64,000 bases of DNA, taken from a virus (lineage: Duplodnaviria > Heunggongvirae > Uroviricota > Caudoviricetes). The position numbers were made by a program, and so were the translations under genes. Position 1 is the first letter of the stretch. Every line of letters starts with the position of its first letter. The notes beneath the pieces are model-generated. The model worked only from the letters and a program-made list of their open reading frames with translations. It was not told the origin of the DNA and made no database searches. The DNA is taken from the IMG/VR virus record IMGVR_UViG_3300021979_000001, positions 2,948 to 66,947 of that record, one strand, 5' to 3'. Shown one piece after another: positions 17,827 through 27,048 of the stretch.

Positions 17827-18213
17827 TTAGTCCTGTCCTAACGCATCTGACGAAAACGGATGTGAATTATCCATATGCTGACTGCATAACCATTCAATTC
17901 CAGTAATGGAGTAAACACCATTAACTGCGGGCGCGCCGCAATAATGACATTTTTTGTGTGCCATTTCGGACGTTCCGTCGTGTTTAGCACGTTTTTTACT
18001 GAACTTGGACTTTGTAAAATGCCCCGCTTTCATCTGGGTAACGGATTTACCCATTGCTCGGTAATTTGCCCCATTAATTCCTGTTGTTTTGGTTTGGTGT
18101 TTTGCTTTACACCCTTTACAACAATACTGCGCCCATCCTCGATTGCGATCTGCAATTCTTGCTTCAAAATCAGTTTTACACCATAAGCAAGAAAATGTTC
18201 CAGTGGCCGCCAT
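17827..18213 (-). CDS. Cys-rich zinc-ribbon-like small protein embedded in the array
   Basis: GGAG SD 9 nt upstream of the ATG. Contains CLWC, CCKGC and CHYC...C..H motifs; 128 aa and basic. Confidence 0.6.
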   Translation of the reverse strand: MAATGTFSCLWCKTDFEARIADRNRGWAQYCCKGCKAKHQTKTTGINGANYRAMGKSVTQMKAGHFTKSKFSKKRAKHDGTSEMAHKKCHYCGAPAVNGVYSITGIEWLCSQHMDNSHPFSSDALGQD

Positions 18214-18348
18214 AGGTCAAATCTCCATAATGGGGGGTAAAAATCATAAACAATTGTAGTATTTTTGGTTATATAAAGCAAAGATTAAAATTATTGTTTT
18301 TTGATGATTGGAATGGCATATAACACGGTGTCATCAATAACTTATTTC

Positions 18349-18594
18349 TCAATCAACCAAGTTTGCAATACCAAAACCATAACCGTTACTATCGCCTTCG
18401 GTATTACCTGGACCATCCCCATAACCTTCCCCATTACTTACACTATTACTAAATCCAAAACCATGCCCTGAACCATTACCAAAACTACGACCACAACCAC
18501 CCCCGTATTCTGATATAGCAATATCACCTACGGAATCATCATCACCTGGATAAAAATCGACGATATGATATGATAGTATGACAGTTTTCATCAT
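18349..18594 (-). CDS. Gly-X repeat peptide minigene (first in transcription order, divergent)
   Basis: Leader MMKTVILSYHIVDFYPGDDD; 81 aa. Confidence 0.5.
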   Translation of the reverse strand: MMKTVILSYHIVDFYPGDDDSVGDIAISEYGGGCGRSFGNGSGHGFGFSNSVSNGEGYGDGPGNTEGDSNGYGFGIANLVD

Positions 18595-18661
18595 TTTTTT
18601 TTCGTTAATAACGACCTGGCGTTGACCTGATAGTAAAGATTACATCGTTTTTAAGGGCCTA

Positions 18662-19147
18662 TTACCGATTATTTGAGGTATACGTCATGGTTTTCAAATT
18701 CAATGTAAATTTATTTCCAGTGTGTTGACTGAATTTTAGGTTGAATTTTTGCAATTGACTAAATTCACGCATGAAAGCATATGCATCTTTCCGGCGATGA
18801 AATCCAATTGAATGATCGATGGAACTATTGATATTTAACGGGTTGTCGGTGGACCATCCTGGATTATATGTTTTTTTATCACTAAACCATCGAAGTTGTT
18901 CATATACTGGTTCAACATTTTCTAATAACCAGAAGAAAACGTTAGTGTTTAAAAACGTATATTTTCCATTTAACGTTGAATCAACCGTAAATATTCTATC
19001 AAAATCGATAGATCGGGTATATTTATTTGGTTGATCGGTGGATTTTGTGTCGTCCCAGTATGGAATTGATATAAGATAATTAACATCAAATAGTTCGTTT
19101 CCCCAAATGTCATTCATTAACGAATAATACCCGTGATATAAATTCAT
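18662..19147 (-). CDS. hypothetical protein
   Basis: 161-aa ORF with no recognised motif. It starts just downstream of the terminator at 19169-19201. Confidence 0.55.
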   Translation of the reverse strand: MNLYHGYYSLMNDIWGNELFDVNYLISIPYWDDTKSTDQPNKYTRSIDFDRIFTVDSTLNGKYTFLNTNVFFWLLENVEPVYEQLRWFSDKKTYNPGWSTDNPLNINSSIDHSIGFHRRKDAYAFMREFSQLQKFNLKFSQHTGNKFTLNLKTMTYTSNNR

Positions 19148-19168
19148 TTTTATTTCCTAATTTGGTAT

Positions 19169-19201
19169 AAAAAAACAGCACCGTCCTAACGAACAGTGCT
19201 G
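19169..19201 (-). terminator. Rho-independent terminator
   Basis: On the minus strand: CAGCACTGTTC-GTTA-GGACGGTGCTG (11-bp stem including G-U pairs) followed by T7. Confidence 0.6.
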
Positions 19202-19268
19202 CTAGAACAATCTGATGATTGTTGATATAAATTCCGGTCACTCTAACCGCAACAATGCGGATCGAACC

Positions 19269-19664
19269 TTACGAGGATTGTGCGTGTGGTGTCATGTCCA
19301 GCAAGCTGGCAATTGCCACATCGGTGCAAATGGTCAAAGAGTATTCTTCGACGATCACCTTATACGGTGCCGGATGTGAGATTTTGCTGTCATTTGATGT
19401 GCCATATAGTGCCACGCCTTCATACCACGAGGCTTCTTGCACACTTGGCTTGAAATACCACAGCCGTTGTGCATTCTTTATCACAACACCGGTATGATCG
19501 GCGGAGACAACCAGACCGAAATTCAATCCTTCATTTCGGGTGCGAACAAGGCAGTATTTGCCAATTGCAAAATCGGTGACTGGACTGCCGGTAGTTACGT
19601 TGTTCTGCTTGATATAATCAGGAACATCGGTGTTTGGTCCGGCGGCGGCAACTGCTGTTGACAT
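19269..19664 (-). CDS. hypothetical protein
   Basis: 131-aa ORF with GC content visibly above its flanks. Confidence 0.55.
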   Translation of the reverse strand: MSTAVAAAGPNTDVPDYIKQNNVTTGSPVTDFAIGKYCLVRTRNEGLNFGLVVSADHTGVVIKNAQRLWYFKPSVQEASWYEGVALYGTSNDSKISHPAPYKVIVEEYSLTICTDVAIASLLDMTPHAQSS

Positions 19665-19976
19665 GCGTATAAATTCCTAATGAAATGTCTGTTAGTGCCT
19701 GTTCGGGCAAACTGCTATACAGACCGACCAAAAAGTAAGGAAATATGGTTATGCTACACAGTAATACATCATCGTGGTGGTGATATATAACGTGACAAAT
19801 ACACTGACATTACCATTTTCCGGTGGTTAGAGGCGTTATTTGCCTCCGATGGGTCTCACCTTATTCTCGTTCATTTTTGCCGTCAACATAATTTTTTGAA
19901 GAAATCGCAATTTTACAAAAAAAAATCGGTATCCATATATTTCCCCCCGTGTTCGTGGATTATTCCGTATCGAAAA

Positions 19977-20882
19977 ATGATAAATAAAAATATGCAAGTT
20001 TCAGATTTTATGTCACAACAAGACCTTACCGAAATATTCACGCCCAACATCCGCAAAACCGCTGCGGGTGCGTTGGTTGGTGCCGGTCTGGCAGCATCGT
20101 CAATGATTGGGCTTGGGTATGGTCTATCAAATACAACGGACACCACAACAATCAATGAACCACTACCAATACCCAGGGGCAAACCCGAAATTAAATCAAC
20201 ACCAACCCCCAAAATCTCCTCACAGGCGCAGTCTAGCAATATTCCAGCACCTCGCATGCGACCATCTACCAAAGACCTCTCACCGGTTGAATTAAAGGCC
20301 CAGTTCATTGATAAAATGGTGCCTATGATTAAATCAGTGAACGATGGTATCGATGAAGTTAGAAATAAAGTTGAAGAAATTTCACATAAAAAGGTAAAAA
20401 ACAAATCTGATCTTGCATACATCAGTAAGTTGATGTCAGAATATAATGTTACCGATGGCGATATAACAACGTTGATTGCCAGGTTACAACCGATTCCGGT
20501 TAGCCTAGCATTGGCACAAAGTGCAGTAGAAAGCGGTTGGGGAACATCGCGATTATCACAAGATGGTAATGTTATGTTTGGTCAAAAGAAATGGACGGAT
20601 GACGAAAATACCATCAAGGCATCAGAAGATGGCACAAAATATGCGGCATTTGGTGATCCGAAAGATAGTATTGAAGCATATGCCAGAAATCTCAATTCGC
20701 ATCCCGCATATAAGCATTTACGTGCTGCCCGCTGGTGGCTTAAAACAGAAAAGGGTCGCAATGCAACAGGATTAGACCTTGCACCACACTTGACCAAGTA
20801 TTCCACAAAAGGCGATGAATACACTAAACAAATTGCCCGTGTTATTAGACAGAATGATTTAACCAAATGGGATAATTCGTGA
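19977..20882 (+). CDS. Membrane-anchored glucosaminidase-domain peptidoglycan hydrolase (Bax/FlgJ-like)
   Basis: N-terminal TM segment AAGALVGAGLAASSMIGLGYGL plus the motif LALAQSAVESGWGTSRL..GNVMFGQKKW. The track ORF starts at a TTG at 19896; the first ATG is at 19977. Confidence 0.65.
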   Translation: MINKNMQVSDFMSQQDLTEIFTPNIRKTAAGALVGAGLAASSMIGLGYGLSNTTDTTTINEPLPIPRGKPEIKSTPTPKISSQAQSSNIPAPRMRPSTKDLSPVELKAQFIDKMVPMIKSVNDGIDEVRNKVEEISHKKVKNKSDLAYISKLMSEYNVTDGDITTLIARLQPIPVSLALAQSAVESGWGTSRLSQDGNVMFGQKKWTDDENTIKASEDGTKYAAFGDPKDSIEAYARNLNSHPAYKHLRAARWWLKTEKGRNATGLDLAPHLTKYSTKGDEYTKQIARVIRQNDLTKWDNS

Positions 20883-21577
20883 CCAATATTGCGGTAATCA
20901 GTATGCCACGAACCGGATCATCTATCATTATGGTATTGCTAACTGGCGATAGGGTGAATCTTGGTGAAATAACCAATAAAGATCGTCTTACCCAACATTA
21001 CATTGGATGTAATAATACCAATATCAAAATACCGTTGACGGTAGATGATGTTTTTACTACGTTAAATCAACGACATATCAGTTATATTGCAAAATTTCAT
21101 TTATTACAAAACATCGAGTATGGATTTGATACAAAATTATTTGATGTTCGGGTATTTACGCATAGATTGGATGTTGTTCAATCATGTCTGTCCTTAATGA
21201 TAGCCAGAAAAACGGGTATATATTCATCTACTGATAAGCTATCGGTATTGCCATTTGCAGTTGACATTAAAAAGTTTACTACCGAACTTAATGCACGAAT
21301 GCAGTTTCTACGTCATTTCGTTGATACCAATCTTGATGATATTGATTTTGTTATATCATATGAAAATGATTTGTCTGAATTAAAGCAATATTTTGGTTAT
21401 AGCGATGGTCCAGGACAACTTGTGGAAAATTACCCGGATAAAAATGAAATTATCACAAACTATAACGAATTGATTAATATTGCCGCCCCGTATTCGGGCG
21501 AAATAGACGAAATCAATGATATTATCATGGAAAAGAAAAAGGCCACCTTATTAAATGACCTTTTATCGATAATATGA
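20879..21577 (+). CDS. NodH/Stf0-like carbohydrate sulfotransferase
   Basis: 5'-PSB-like loop VISMPRTGSS and 3'-PB-like motif HRLDVVQSCLSLMIARKTGIY. GTG start overlaps the upstream stop. Confidence 0.55.
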   Translation: MTNIAVISMPRTGSSIIMVLLTGDRVNLGEITNKDRLTQHYIGCNNTNIKIPLTVDDVFTTLNQRHISYIAKFHLLQNIEYGFDTKLFDVRVFTHRLDVVQSCLSLMIARKTGIYSSTDKLSVLPFAVDIKKFTTELNARMQFLRHFVDTNLDDIDFVISYENDLSELKQYFGYSDGPGQLVENYPDKNEIITNYNELINIAAPYSGEIDEINDIIMEKKKATLLNDLLSII

Positions 21578-21578
21578 C

Positions 21579-22667
21579 TTACTTGAACTGATCACCAAAC
21601 GGATCAAAATCTTTTCCGCATGTTTTGGCACATACTTTTAATTTACCTGCGGCACAACTTGGTTTTGACCATGTGCTTTCGATGTAATTGAACATTGGCC
21701 CGGCTAAAATCTTTTCAACTGAAACCATGATACCATTGATTGCATCTTTGCCACCAACATGCTCGATTATTTTCCAAAGAGGCGATGATTTTGGTTCCAA
21801 ATACCATACATAAAGCTGGTTGGCGGTCCAACAGCATGGAAATACCAAACCTTCTGCCGATATATATATTGACCCTTCGGTATCAGTTTTGCAGGTGATC
21901 GGGGTATTATCCAAATAATTTTGCAAGCTACCATGCTTCGCAATTAATGATTGTTCCTGTTGCAAAGCATTGTTTTGGTATTGCGGATCAATTGGTTTTT
22001 CCAGGACGTGTTTTACGGTCCCATCCTTACCCATAACATCTTGCGAATCTTTGCCTTTTAGTTGGTTATTTGAGAAGAACCGCCCGGTTTTTTTAACCTG
22101 GAAGTGAATAAAACCCATTTCTGCGGCAAGGGTGCGGGCATCGTCCACCTGGTGTTCATTGTGTTTGAAAACAATATAATCCCAAATTGCGCGGCCACCA
22201 GATTGAATAAATGATTCCACATTACGCATAATAACATCGAACCGGCATCCTTGACGATACAGATGATTTGTATCATCAAGACCATCAATACCAAACCGAA
22301 CACTGTCACCTTTTTTTGATAACAGTTTACCGAGTTCTCCCCACCATTCGGGATTTTTCGCGCTACCATTGGTATTCATACCAAGGGTAATATTTGGGTT
22401 CATTTCTCGGAAATATTTCATTACGTCCAAGGTATCTTGGGCTGCAATTGGGTCGCCAAAATTACCACACATGTAAATTCGATTAAGACTTAGTAAAAAT
22501 TCCTTTGTGAAGATTTTTTTACAATCATCTAACGTCAATTCGGTAATCGGCAGGGATGGGTTTACCCATGTTCCAAGGACATTTCGTCCACATTGCGGGC
22601 ATGATGCATTGCATCTGGATGTGATTTCCAAATGCACAGTTTTAATACGAGAATATTCAAATGCCAT
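21579..22667 (-). CDS. Radical SAM enzyme with SPASM/twitch-like C-terminal Cys cluster (copy 1)
   Basis: CNASCPQC (CX3CX2C) at residues 19-26. Also CKTDTEGSIYISAEGLVFPC (CX13GX4C) and CAAGKLKVCAKTC. Confidence 0.85.
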   Translation of the reverse strand: MAFEYSRIKTVHLEITSRCNASCPQCGRNVLGTWVNPSLPITELTLDDCKKIFTKEFLLSLNRIYMCGNFGDPIAAQDTLDVMKYFREMNPNITLGMNTNGSAKNPEWWGELGKLLSKKGDSVRFGIDGLDDTNHLYRQGCRFDVIMRNVESFIQSGGRAIWDYIVFKHNEHQVDDARTLAAEMGFIHFQVKKTGRFFSNNQLKGKDSQDVMGKDGTVKHVLEKPIDPQYQNNALQQEQSLIAKHGSLQNYLDNTPITCKTDTEGSIYISAEGLVFPCCWTANQLYVWYLEPKSSPLWKIIEHVGGKDAINGIMVSVEKILAGPMFNYIESTWSKPSCAAGKLKVCAKTCGKDFDPFGDQFK

Positions 22668-22672
22668 GATTT

Positions 22673-22939
22673 TTAATCCCAGGTAAGATAAAACAGAATT
22701 GCGCTATCTATATCATTAAAAAGCCAAAATTGCGGATTGAATTGCTTCGTTATTATATTATTGTCATTGCACCATTTTGTAATTTCATTTTGCACCAAGT
22801 ATGCTTTATCAAAGTCGATTTTAACAACCGTGTTAAATGAAACGTTGCGTAGTATATCACACAAATGGTCATTCACAATATTACCCCCGATAGGACCGTA
22901 AGTATGTGAAAAGTGATCAATCGACATTATTTTATTCAT
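22673..22939 (-). CDS. hypothetical small protein (88 aa) immediately upstream of the rSAM gene
   Basis: ORF with a 4-nt overlap to the upstream gene and a 5-nt gap to the rSAM gene. Confidence 0.5.
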   Translation of the reverse strand: MNKIMSIDHFSHTYGPIGGNIVNDHLCDILRNVSFNTVVKIDFDKAYLVQNEITKWCNDNNIITKQFNPQFWLFNDIDSAILFYLTWD

Positions 22940-23637
22940 TTTATACCAATCATCATAAAACGGGTATAATTGGCGGTGCTAATATATTTGTCTCCTTCGA
23001 ACATAACATTTGTCATTGGGGCCATTGCTTTAAACTCGCCAATACTGTTCACACAATTGATGTGATCGCGTCCACCAAATAGGTTATTTGATTGGATAAC
23101 GCATAGCGTTCCAGACGGAATCATGTTCCACCAGGTAGCAACATCAATATGTTCGCATGATGTATTAACGATCACATCGGGACGTTCATGTAATGTTACA
23201 ACAGACCCATCAGATCGTTTCGTATCATATTTATGTCCCGTATAATCAATATTGAACATATCACCGGTTGATGCCTTGAACCGCCATCCATTTACAACAT
23301 ATGGTATTTTATTTACCGCTTCTGCAATAACGGCGCATTCGGGATCGATGTCAAAACTTCGAATAACTCCTATATCAAGATTTGATCTGAACAGCATTGC
23401 GGGTAGTGTTCCCAGCCATCCCCCCAGAATGAACATAGTGGTCATTTTGGGATTGATTTTTGTTAGTTCCGCAACCAGCCATTTTTTTGATTGGAGTTGC
23501 CCCCATGACAATGCATCGTCCCAATACGCATCTGGATATTGGGATATAGCTTTGCGTAAATTAGATAAAAACTGGTCATCTGTGATATATTCCAGCTTAT
23601 GTAAAATATCATGCGATTGTATCATAAACGTGGTCAC
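22936..23637 (-). CDS. Putative class I SAM-dependent methyltransferase-like protein
   Basis: Gly-rich loop MFILGGWLGTL followed by an acidic strand IRSFDIDPE. The match is weak. Confidence 0.35.
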   Translation of the reverse strand: MTTFMIQSHDILHKLEYITDDQFLSNLRKAISQYPDAYWDDALSWGQLQSKKWLVAELTKINPKMTTMFILGGWLGTLPAMLFRSNLDIGVIRSFDIDPECAVIAEAVNKIPYVVNGWRFKASTGDMFNIDYTGHKYDTKRSDGSVVTLHERPDVIVNTSCEHIDVATWWNMIPSGTLCVIQSNNLFGGRDHINCVNSIGEFKAMAPMTNVMFEGDKYISTANYTRFMMIGIK

Positions 23638-24349
23638 TCTTTTTAAATTGTTCAGTTAGCCAGTTCCAATCATTGATTTTCGCCAACTCGGGTTGATTAT
23701 CGCAATATTTGATACCATATTGTTCGCCCGCTTTTGCACCAGCTATTGAGAACTGACCATATTCACGATCAGTGCCCATCGTTTTCCACGTGGATAATCG
23801 TTGTTCGGTTTCAAAATCCTTTTGGTTTTTTATCGTTTTGCTTGACAACTTAACACATTCACGAAATGCGCTTTTCCAGGTCTCAAATGGTGATGTATTA
23901 TATCGTGTTTCAGAAACCAGTTCATTAACTATATGATATGATGTGGTTACAGATGTCGTCATGTCAATACTAGTGGTATCCACATCTATCAAATGTCTGG
24001 TAGAAAATAGCTTGATTGCACCATATCCATAAACCAAATCATTGACTGCATTTTTACACCGATACACATGGACTCCATTTGGGTCTGGTTCAAATGATGG
24101 GATAAATTCAAATTTATCATAGACCCAATTATCTGCATCAACGGTGAAGAAAAAATCAGTAGTTGATTGCTGCGCACATGCCATATGGGCGGCATGAATG
24201 CCGGTCACACCATGAACACGATCTGCCCATGGTGCAACATCTAACAATCTTGCATAATTCTGTTCGCTATTTGGTTCATTGTAACTTAAAAAGAATATGT
24301 CATACATTGATAAAAATCTTCGTTTTTGTTTATACGTGTCATACGTCAT
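23609..24349 (-). CDS. GT-A-like putative glycosyltransferase, paralog 1
   Basis: Motifs YDIFFLSYNEPN, HGVTGI and FFFTVDADN (DxD-like), shared with 24568..25470 and 25467..26123. Confidence 0.4.
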   Translation of the reverse strand: MTYDTYKQKRRFLSMYDIFFLSYNEPNSEQNYARLLDVAPWADRVHGVTGIHAAHMACAQQSTTDFFFTVDADNWVYDKFEFIPSFEPDPNGVHVYRCKNAVNDLVYGYGAIKLFSTRHLIDVDTTSIDMTTSVTTSYHIVNELVSETRYNTSPFETWKSAFRECVKLSSKTIKNQKDFETEQRLSTWKTMGTDREYGQFSIAGAKAGEQYGIKYCDNQPELAKINDWNWLTEQFKKSDHVYDTIA

Positions 24350-24578
24350 CCCAAGTCACCAGTTCAATATATTGTGCTGGGCCAACCTCACTGGGCAATC
24401 CCCCATATTCATTAACGTAATGACGTATGATCGCTTTGTAAAATCCTTGGCTATCATGATGTGCTTCACGTGTGAAGACGTATAATTCATTATTGCCATA
24501 TTTGTAATGGGCCATCGCAAGACTAGACTCGGTTTGTAACTTCAATAAATCCATGGCATCAAACATATTATAATACAA
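24339..24578 (-). CDS. hypothetical small protein (79 aa)
   Basis: ORF that overlaps both neighbouring genes, suggesting translational coupling. Confidence 0.45.
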   Translation of the reverse strand: MYYNMFDAMDLLKLQTESSLAMAHYKYGNNELYVFTREAHHDSQGFYKAIIRHYVNEYGGLPSEVGPAQYIELVTWDDV

Positions 24579-25470
24579 CCTTATCCATATTAGGGAACAT
24601 CAAACCTGATCGAACCGGGTTAATGTATGTCATCTTTACCCACCGACTAGCATCAGGTCCAAGCATTGGTAAATGAAGTCCCAAATGATGTTCTAATAGT
24701 TTGCCATATTTTTCTGCATTCGTCCAGGCACACTCATTTTTATGGGTAATCCATTCTGAATCAAACCAGTCGTAATTATTGATATTAGATATGGATTTAT
24801 GTAATACCCAAGTATCATAAAGACCTAATCTTGCACCATATATTGCCTCTCGACCATGCGTCACATCACTACCAACACACAACCACATCATTAACCGGGA
24901 AAGATTTGATTTGGCAATACGATCAATATCCCACTTGTTATCATCGGGTTTGATGCCATTAGGTAAACTCAATTTTACGCCTTCTCGATACCCCGCACGA
25001 AAGGCTTGATATGCCGATTGGTTACACATTACTGTTGACCCCAATTGATCAATTTGCATATAACGCAATGACCAACAAAAATCAGTTGTGTCGCGACCAA
25101 CGGTTGCATTTTCATGTGTTTTCATATTGACAATATTAACCGGCCAGCATTTGATTCCACCGTTCCCATATGCCAACCCATTGATGATATTTGTTGCTTT
25201 AAACGAATAAACCACATCTTCTAAATTAGTATCATCAAATTCATATTCGAAAATATTTGGATTGATTTCGTTGTCACCATCAATTGTTACAAATCTGGGC
25301 GTTTTGCTCAATCGTGCCGCCCGTTTATGGGCTTTATCAAAACCTTTAACCCCATGAATTCGATGAACCTGCGGGAAATAACCTTCAATTTTCTCATAAA
25401 AGGAATCTGCATATGGTTCATCGTAACTAATGTAAAAAATATCCAGGTCAGATAATCGATAGGTTGTCAT
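24568..25470 (-). CDS. GT-A-like putative glycosyltransferase, paralog 2
   Basis: Motifs LDIFYISYDEP, HGVKGF, FVTIDGDN, YGNGGIKCW and YREGVKL. Confidence 0.4.
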   Translation of the reverse strand: MTTYRLSDLDIFYISYDEPYADSFYEKIEGYFPQVHRIHGVKGFDKAHKRAARLSKTPRFVTIDGDNEINPNIFEYEFDDTNLEDVVYSFKATNIINGLAYGNGGIKCWPVNIVNMKTHENATVGRDTTDFCWSLRYMQIDQLGSTVMCNQSAYQAFRAGYREGVKLSLPNGIKPDDNKWDIDRIAKSNLSRLMMWLCVGSDVTHGREAIYGARLGLYDTWVLHKSISNINNYDWFDSEWITHKNECAWTNAEKYGKLLEHHLGLHLPMLGPDASRWVKMTYINPVRSGLMFPNMDKVVL

Positions 25471-26123
25471 TTTATATCCTCAAATTTTAATTTTAGCCAA
25501 GCAAAGTCGTTGATTTTTTTCAACGCGGTTATGTTGTGTTTATTGCGTAATCCATACTGTTCTCCGGCAACTGCGCCTTTGACTACCATATTCGCCCCAT
25601 ACCCGGTTCCAGGATGTTTCCATTGTTCAAGGCGATTAGCATTTTCATAATCATCGGAAACTGCAAGTTTTACGCATTCACGAAATGCTGCTCGCCAACA
25701 ATCGAAATCTGATGAATTATAATGTGTGATTGACTTGACTTCGGGGATAATTTTTAGTTCAAAAGAAGTGGTCATGTCTAATGGTTGATCTGACATATTA
25801 AGAACAATTTCTTTTGGAAATAGTTTTATACCACCCCAGCCATATTCTAACCCGTTAACTGGGTTTCGTGCATACCAAAGATGCACATATTTGCGATCCC
25901 ATGCGGAAAGTTTGATGGTGAAATCAAAATCAATAATTTCTGAATCCGCATCAATAACAAAAAAATTTCTGGTTTTGGATAGCTTGGCGCACTCATAATG
26001 TGCATTATGAATTCCGGTTATTCCAGACACATGCGACGAATGCGGTGCATGTCGAACAAGTTTTTTCCAATGTTGTTGTGCCATTGGTTCATTATAACTT
26101 AAGAAAAAAACGTCATACATCAT
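25467..26123 (-). CDS. GT-A-like putative glycosyltransferase, paralog 3
   Basis: Motifs YDVFFLSYNEP, SGITGI, FFVIDADS, YGWGGIKLF and FRECVKL. Confidence 0.4.
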   Translation of the reverse strand: MMYDVFFLSYNEPMAQQHWKKLVRHAPHSSHVSGITGIHNAHYECAKLSKTRNFFVIDADSEIIDFDFTIKLSAWDRKYVHLWYARNPVNGLEYGWGGIKLFPKEIVLNMSDQPLDMTTSFELKIIPEVKSITHYNSSDFDCWRAAFRECVKLAVSDDYENANRLEQWKHPGTGYGANMVVKGAVAGEQYGLRNKHNITALKKINDFAWLKLKFEDIK

Positions 26124-26218
26124 TTAACTTTCGGCTTTATTCCAATGACCATTATAATACCGAAATCGATAGTCAAAATCCATATATTTAAAAAAACTCA
26201 CAAAATGCTATTTTTATG

Positions 26219-26247
26219 TTGACGAAATTTTTTTAGCGTTTAATATA
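26219..26247 (+). promoter_or_regulatory. Sigma70-like promoter candidate for the NYN gene
   Basis: TTGACG, a 16-17 nt spacer, then TAATAT/AATATA, about 50 nt upstream of the ATG at 26298. Confidence 0.4.
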
Positions 26248-26297
26248 CACGTTATCGACAGGGGAAACGGTTTCCCTTAAAAAAAATTCTTTGATGA

Positions 26298-26870
26298 ATG
26301 GAAAAACAAATGTCTAATGCAAATCTTTTTGGTTCTAAACCCAGTGATCGCGTTGCTGTGTTTTTCGACGGGGCGAACCTGTTTGCCAGCACTCGGGCCT
26401 TGGACGTTCACTTGGATTATTCCAAGCTGACCGAAGCCCTGGGCACGGGATGCAACATGATGCGGATGTATTACTACACCGCCCTGCCGGATGGTGATGC
26501 TCAATGCGCGGTTCGTCCGCTTGTGGATTGGCTCGACTATAACGGCTATACCATGGTCACGAAGCCAACCAAGGAATTCACCGACTCCGCAACTGGTTTG
26601 CGGAAAATCAAAGGTAACATGGACATCGAAATTGCAATTGATGTGATGGAAATGGCACCGCACCTTGACCATGTGATCCTGTTTTCCGGTGATGGCGATT
26701 TCCGGCGTCTGGTTGAGGCGGTTCAACGCAAAGGGGTGCGCGTTACTGTTGTATCGACCGTCAAATCGAACCCATCGATGATTGCGGATGAACTTCGTCG
26801 CCAGGCCGACAAATTCGTCGAACTTGCGGACATCATGTCGTATGTCGTGCGGGATGTGCGGGAGAAATAA
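26298..26870 (+). CDS. NYN/LabA-like (DUF88) domain protein
   Basis: VAVFFDGANLF...NMDIEIAIDVM...VILFSGDGDFRRLVEAVQRKGVRVTVVS. GC content is well above the flanks. Confidence 0.75.
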   Translation: MEKQMSNANLFGSKPSDRVAVFFDGANLFASTRALDVHLDYSKLTEALGTGCNMMRMYYYTALPDGDAQCAVRPLVDWLDYNGYTMVTKPTKEFTDSATGLRKIKGNMDIEIAIDVMEMAPHLDHVILFSGDGDFRRLVEAVQRKGVRVTVVSTVKSNPSMIADELRRQADKFVELADIMSYVVRDVREK

Positions 26871-26908
26871 TTCCATCATACCAGCACGGTTAGTTATTAA
26901 TCAAAAAA

Positions 26909-26934
26909 GCGGTCCTTTATGGGCCGCTTTTTTT
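26909..26934 (+). terminator. Rho-independent terminator
   Basis: GCGGTCC-TTTAT-GGGCCGC followed by T7, with an A6 run upstream. Confidence 0.7.
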
Positions 26935-27048
26935 GTAAATAAACTCAATTACCATTGGGTTATAATTACGCGATGGATTGCTGATTTAAAAATAGACTTT
27001 TAAAGTAATCATCAAGTATTATAACTCAAATTATTGAGTTATTTTGTT

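Noticed and set aside
19665-19895. A tRNA or other small RNA in the larger intergenic regions (also 26124-26297, 36966-37163, 54524-54817)
   Set aside because: I could find no cloverleaf-compatible sequence, such as a GTTCGAATC-like T-arm or an acceptor stem pairing. These regions look like AT-rich promoter and UTR sequence.
26151-26176. A minus-strand promoter TTGACT..TATAAT upstream of the glycosyltransferase-like operon
   Set aside because: The -10 is a perfect TATAAT, but the spacer to TTGACT is only 14 nt. I therefore do not call it as a feature, although it may still function with an alternative -35.
26277-26879. A 200-aa ORF antisense to the NYN gene
   Set aside because: It is fully antisense to a gene with clear NYN/LabA motifs. 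Long antisense ORFs are expected in GC-rich sequence.
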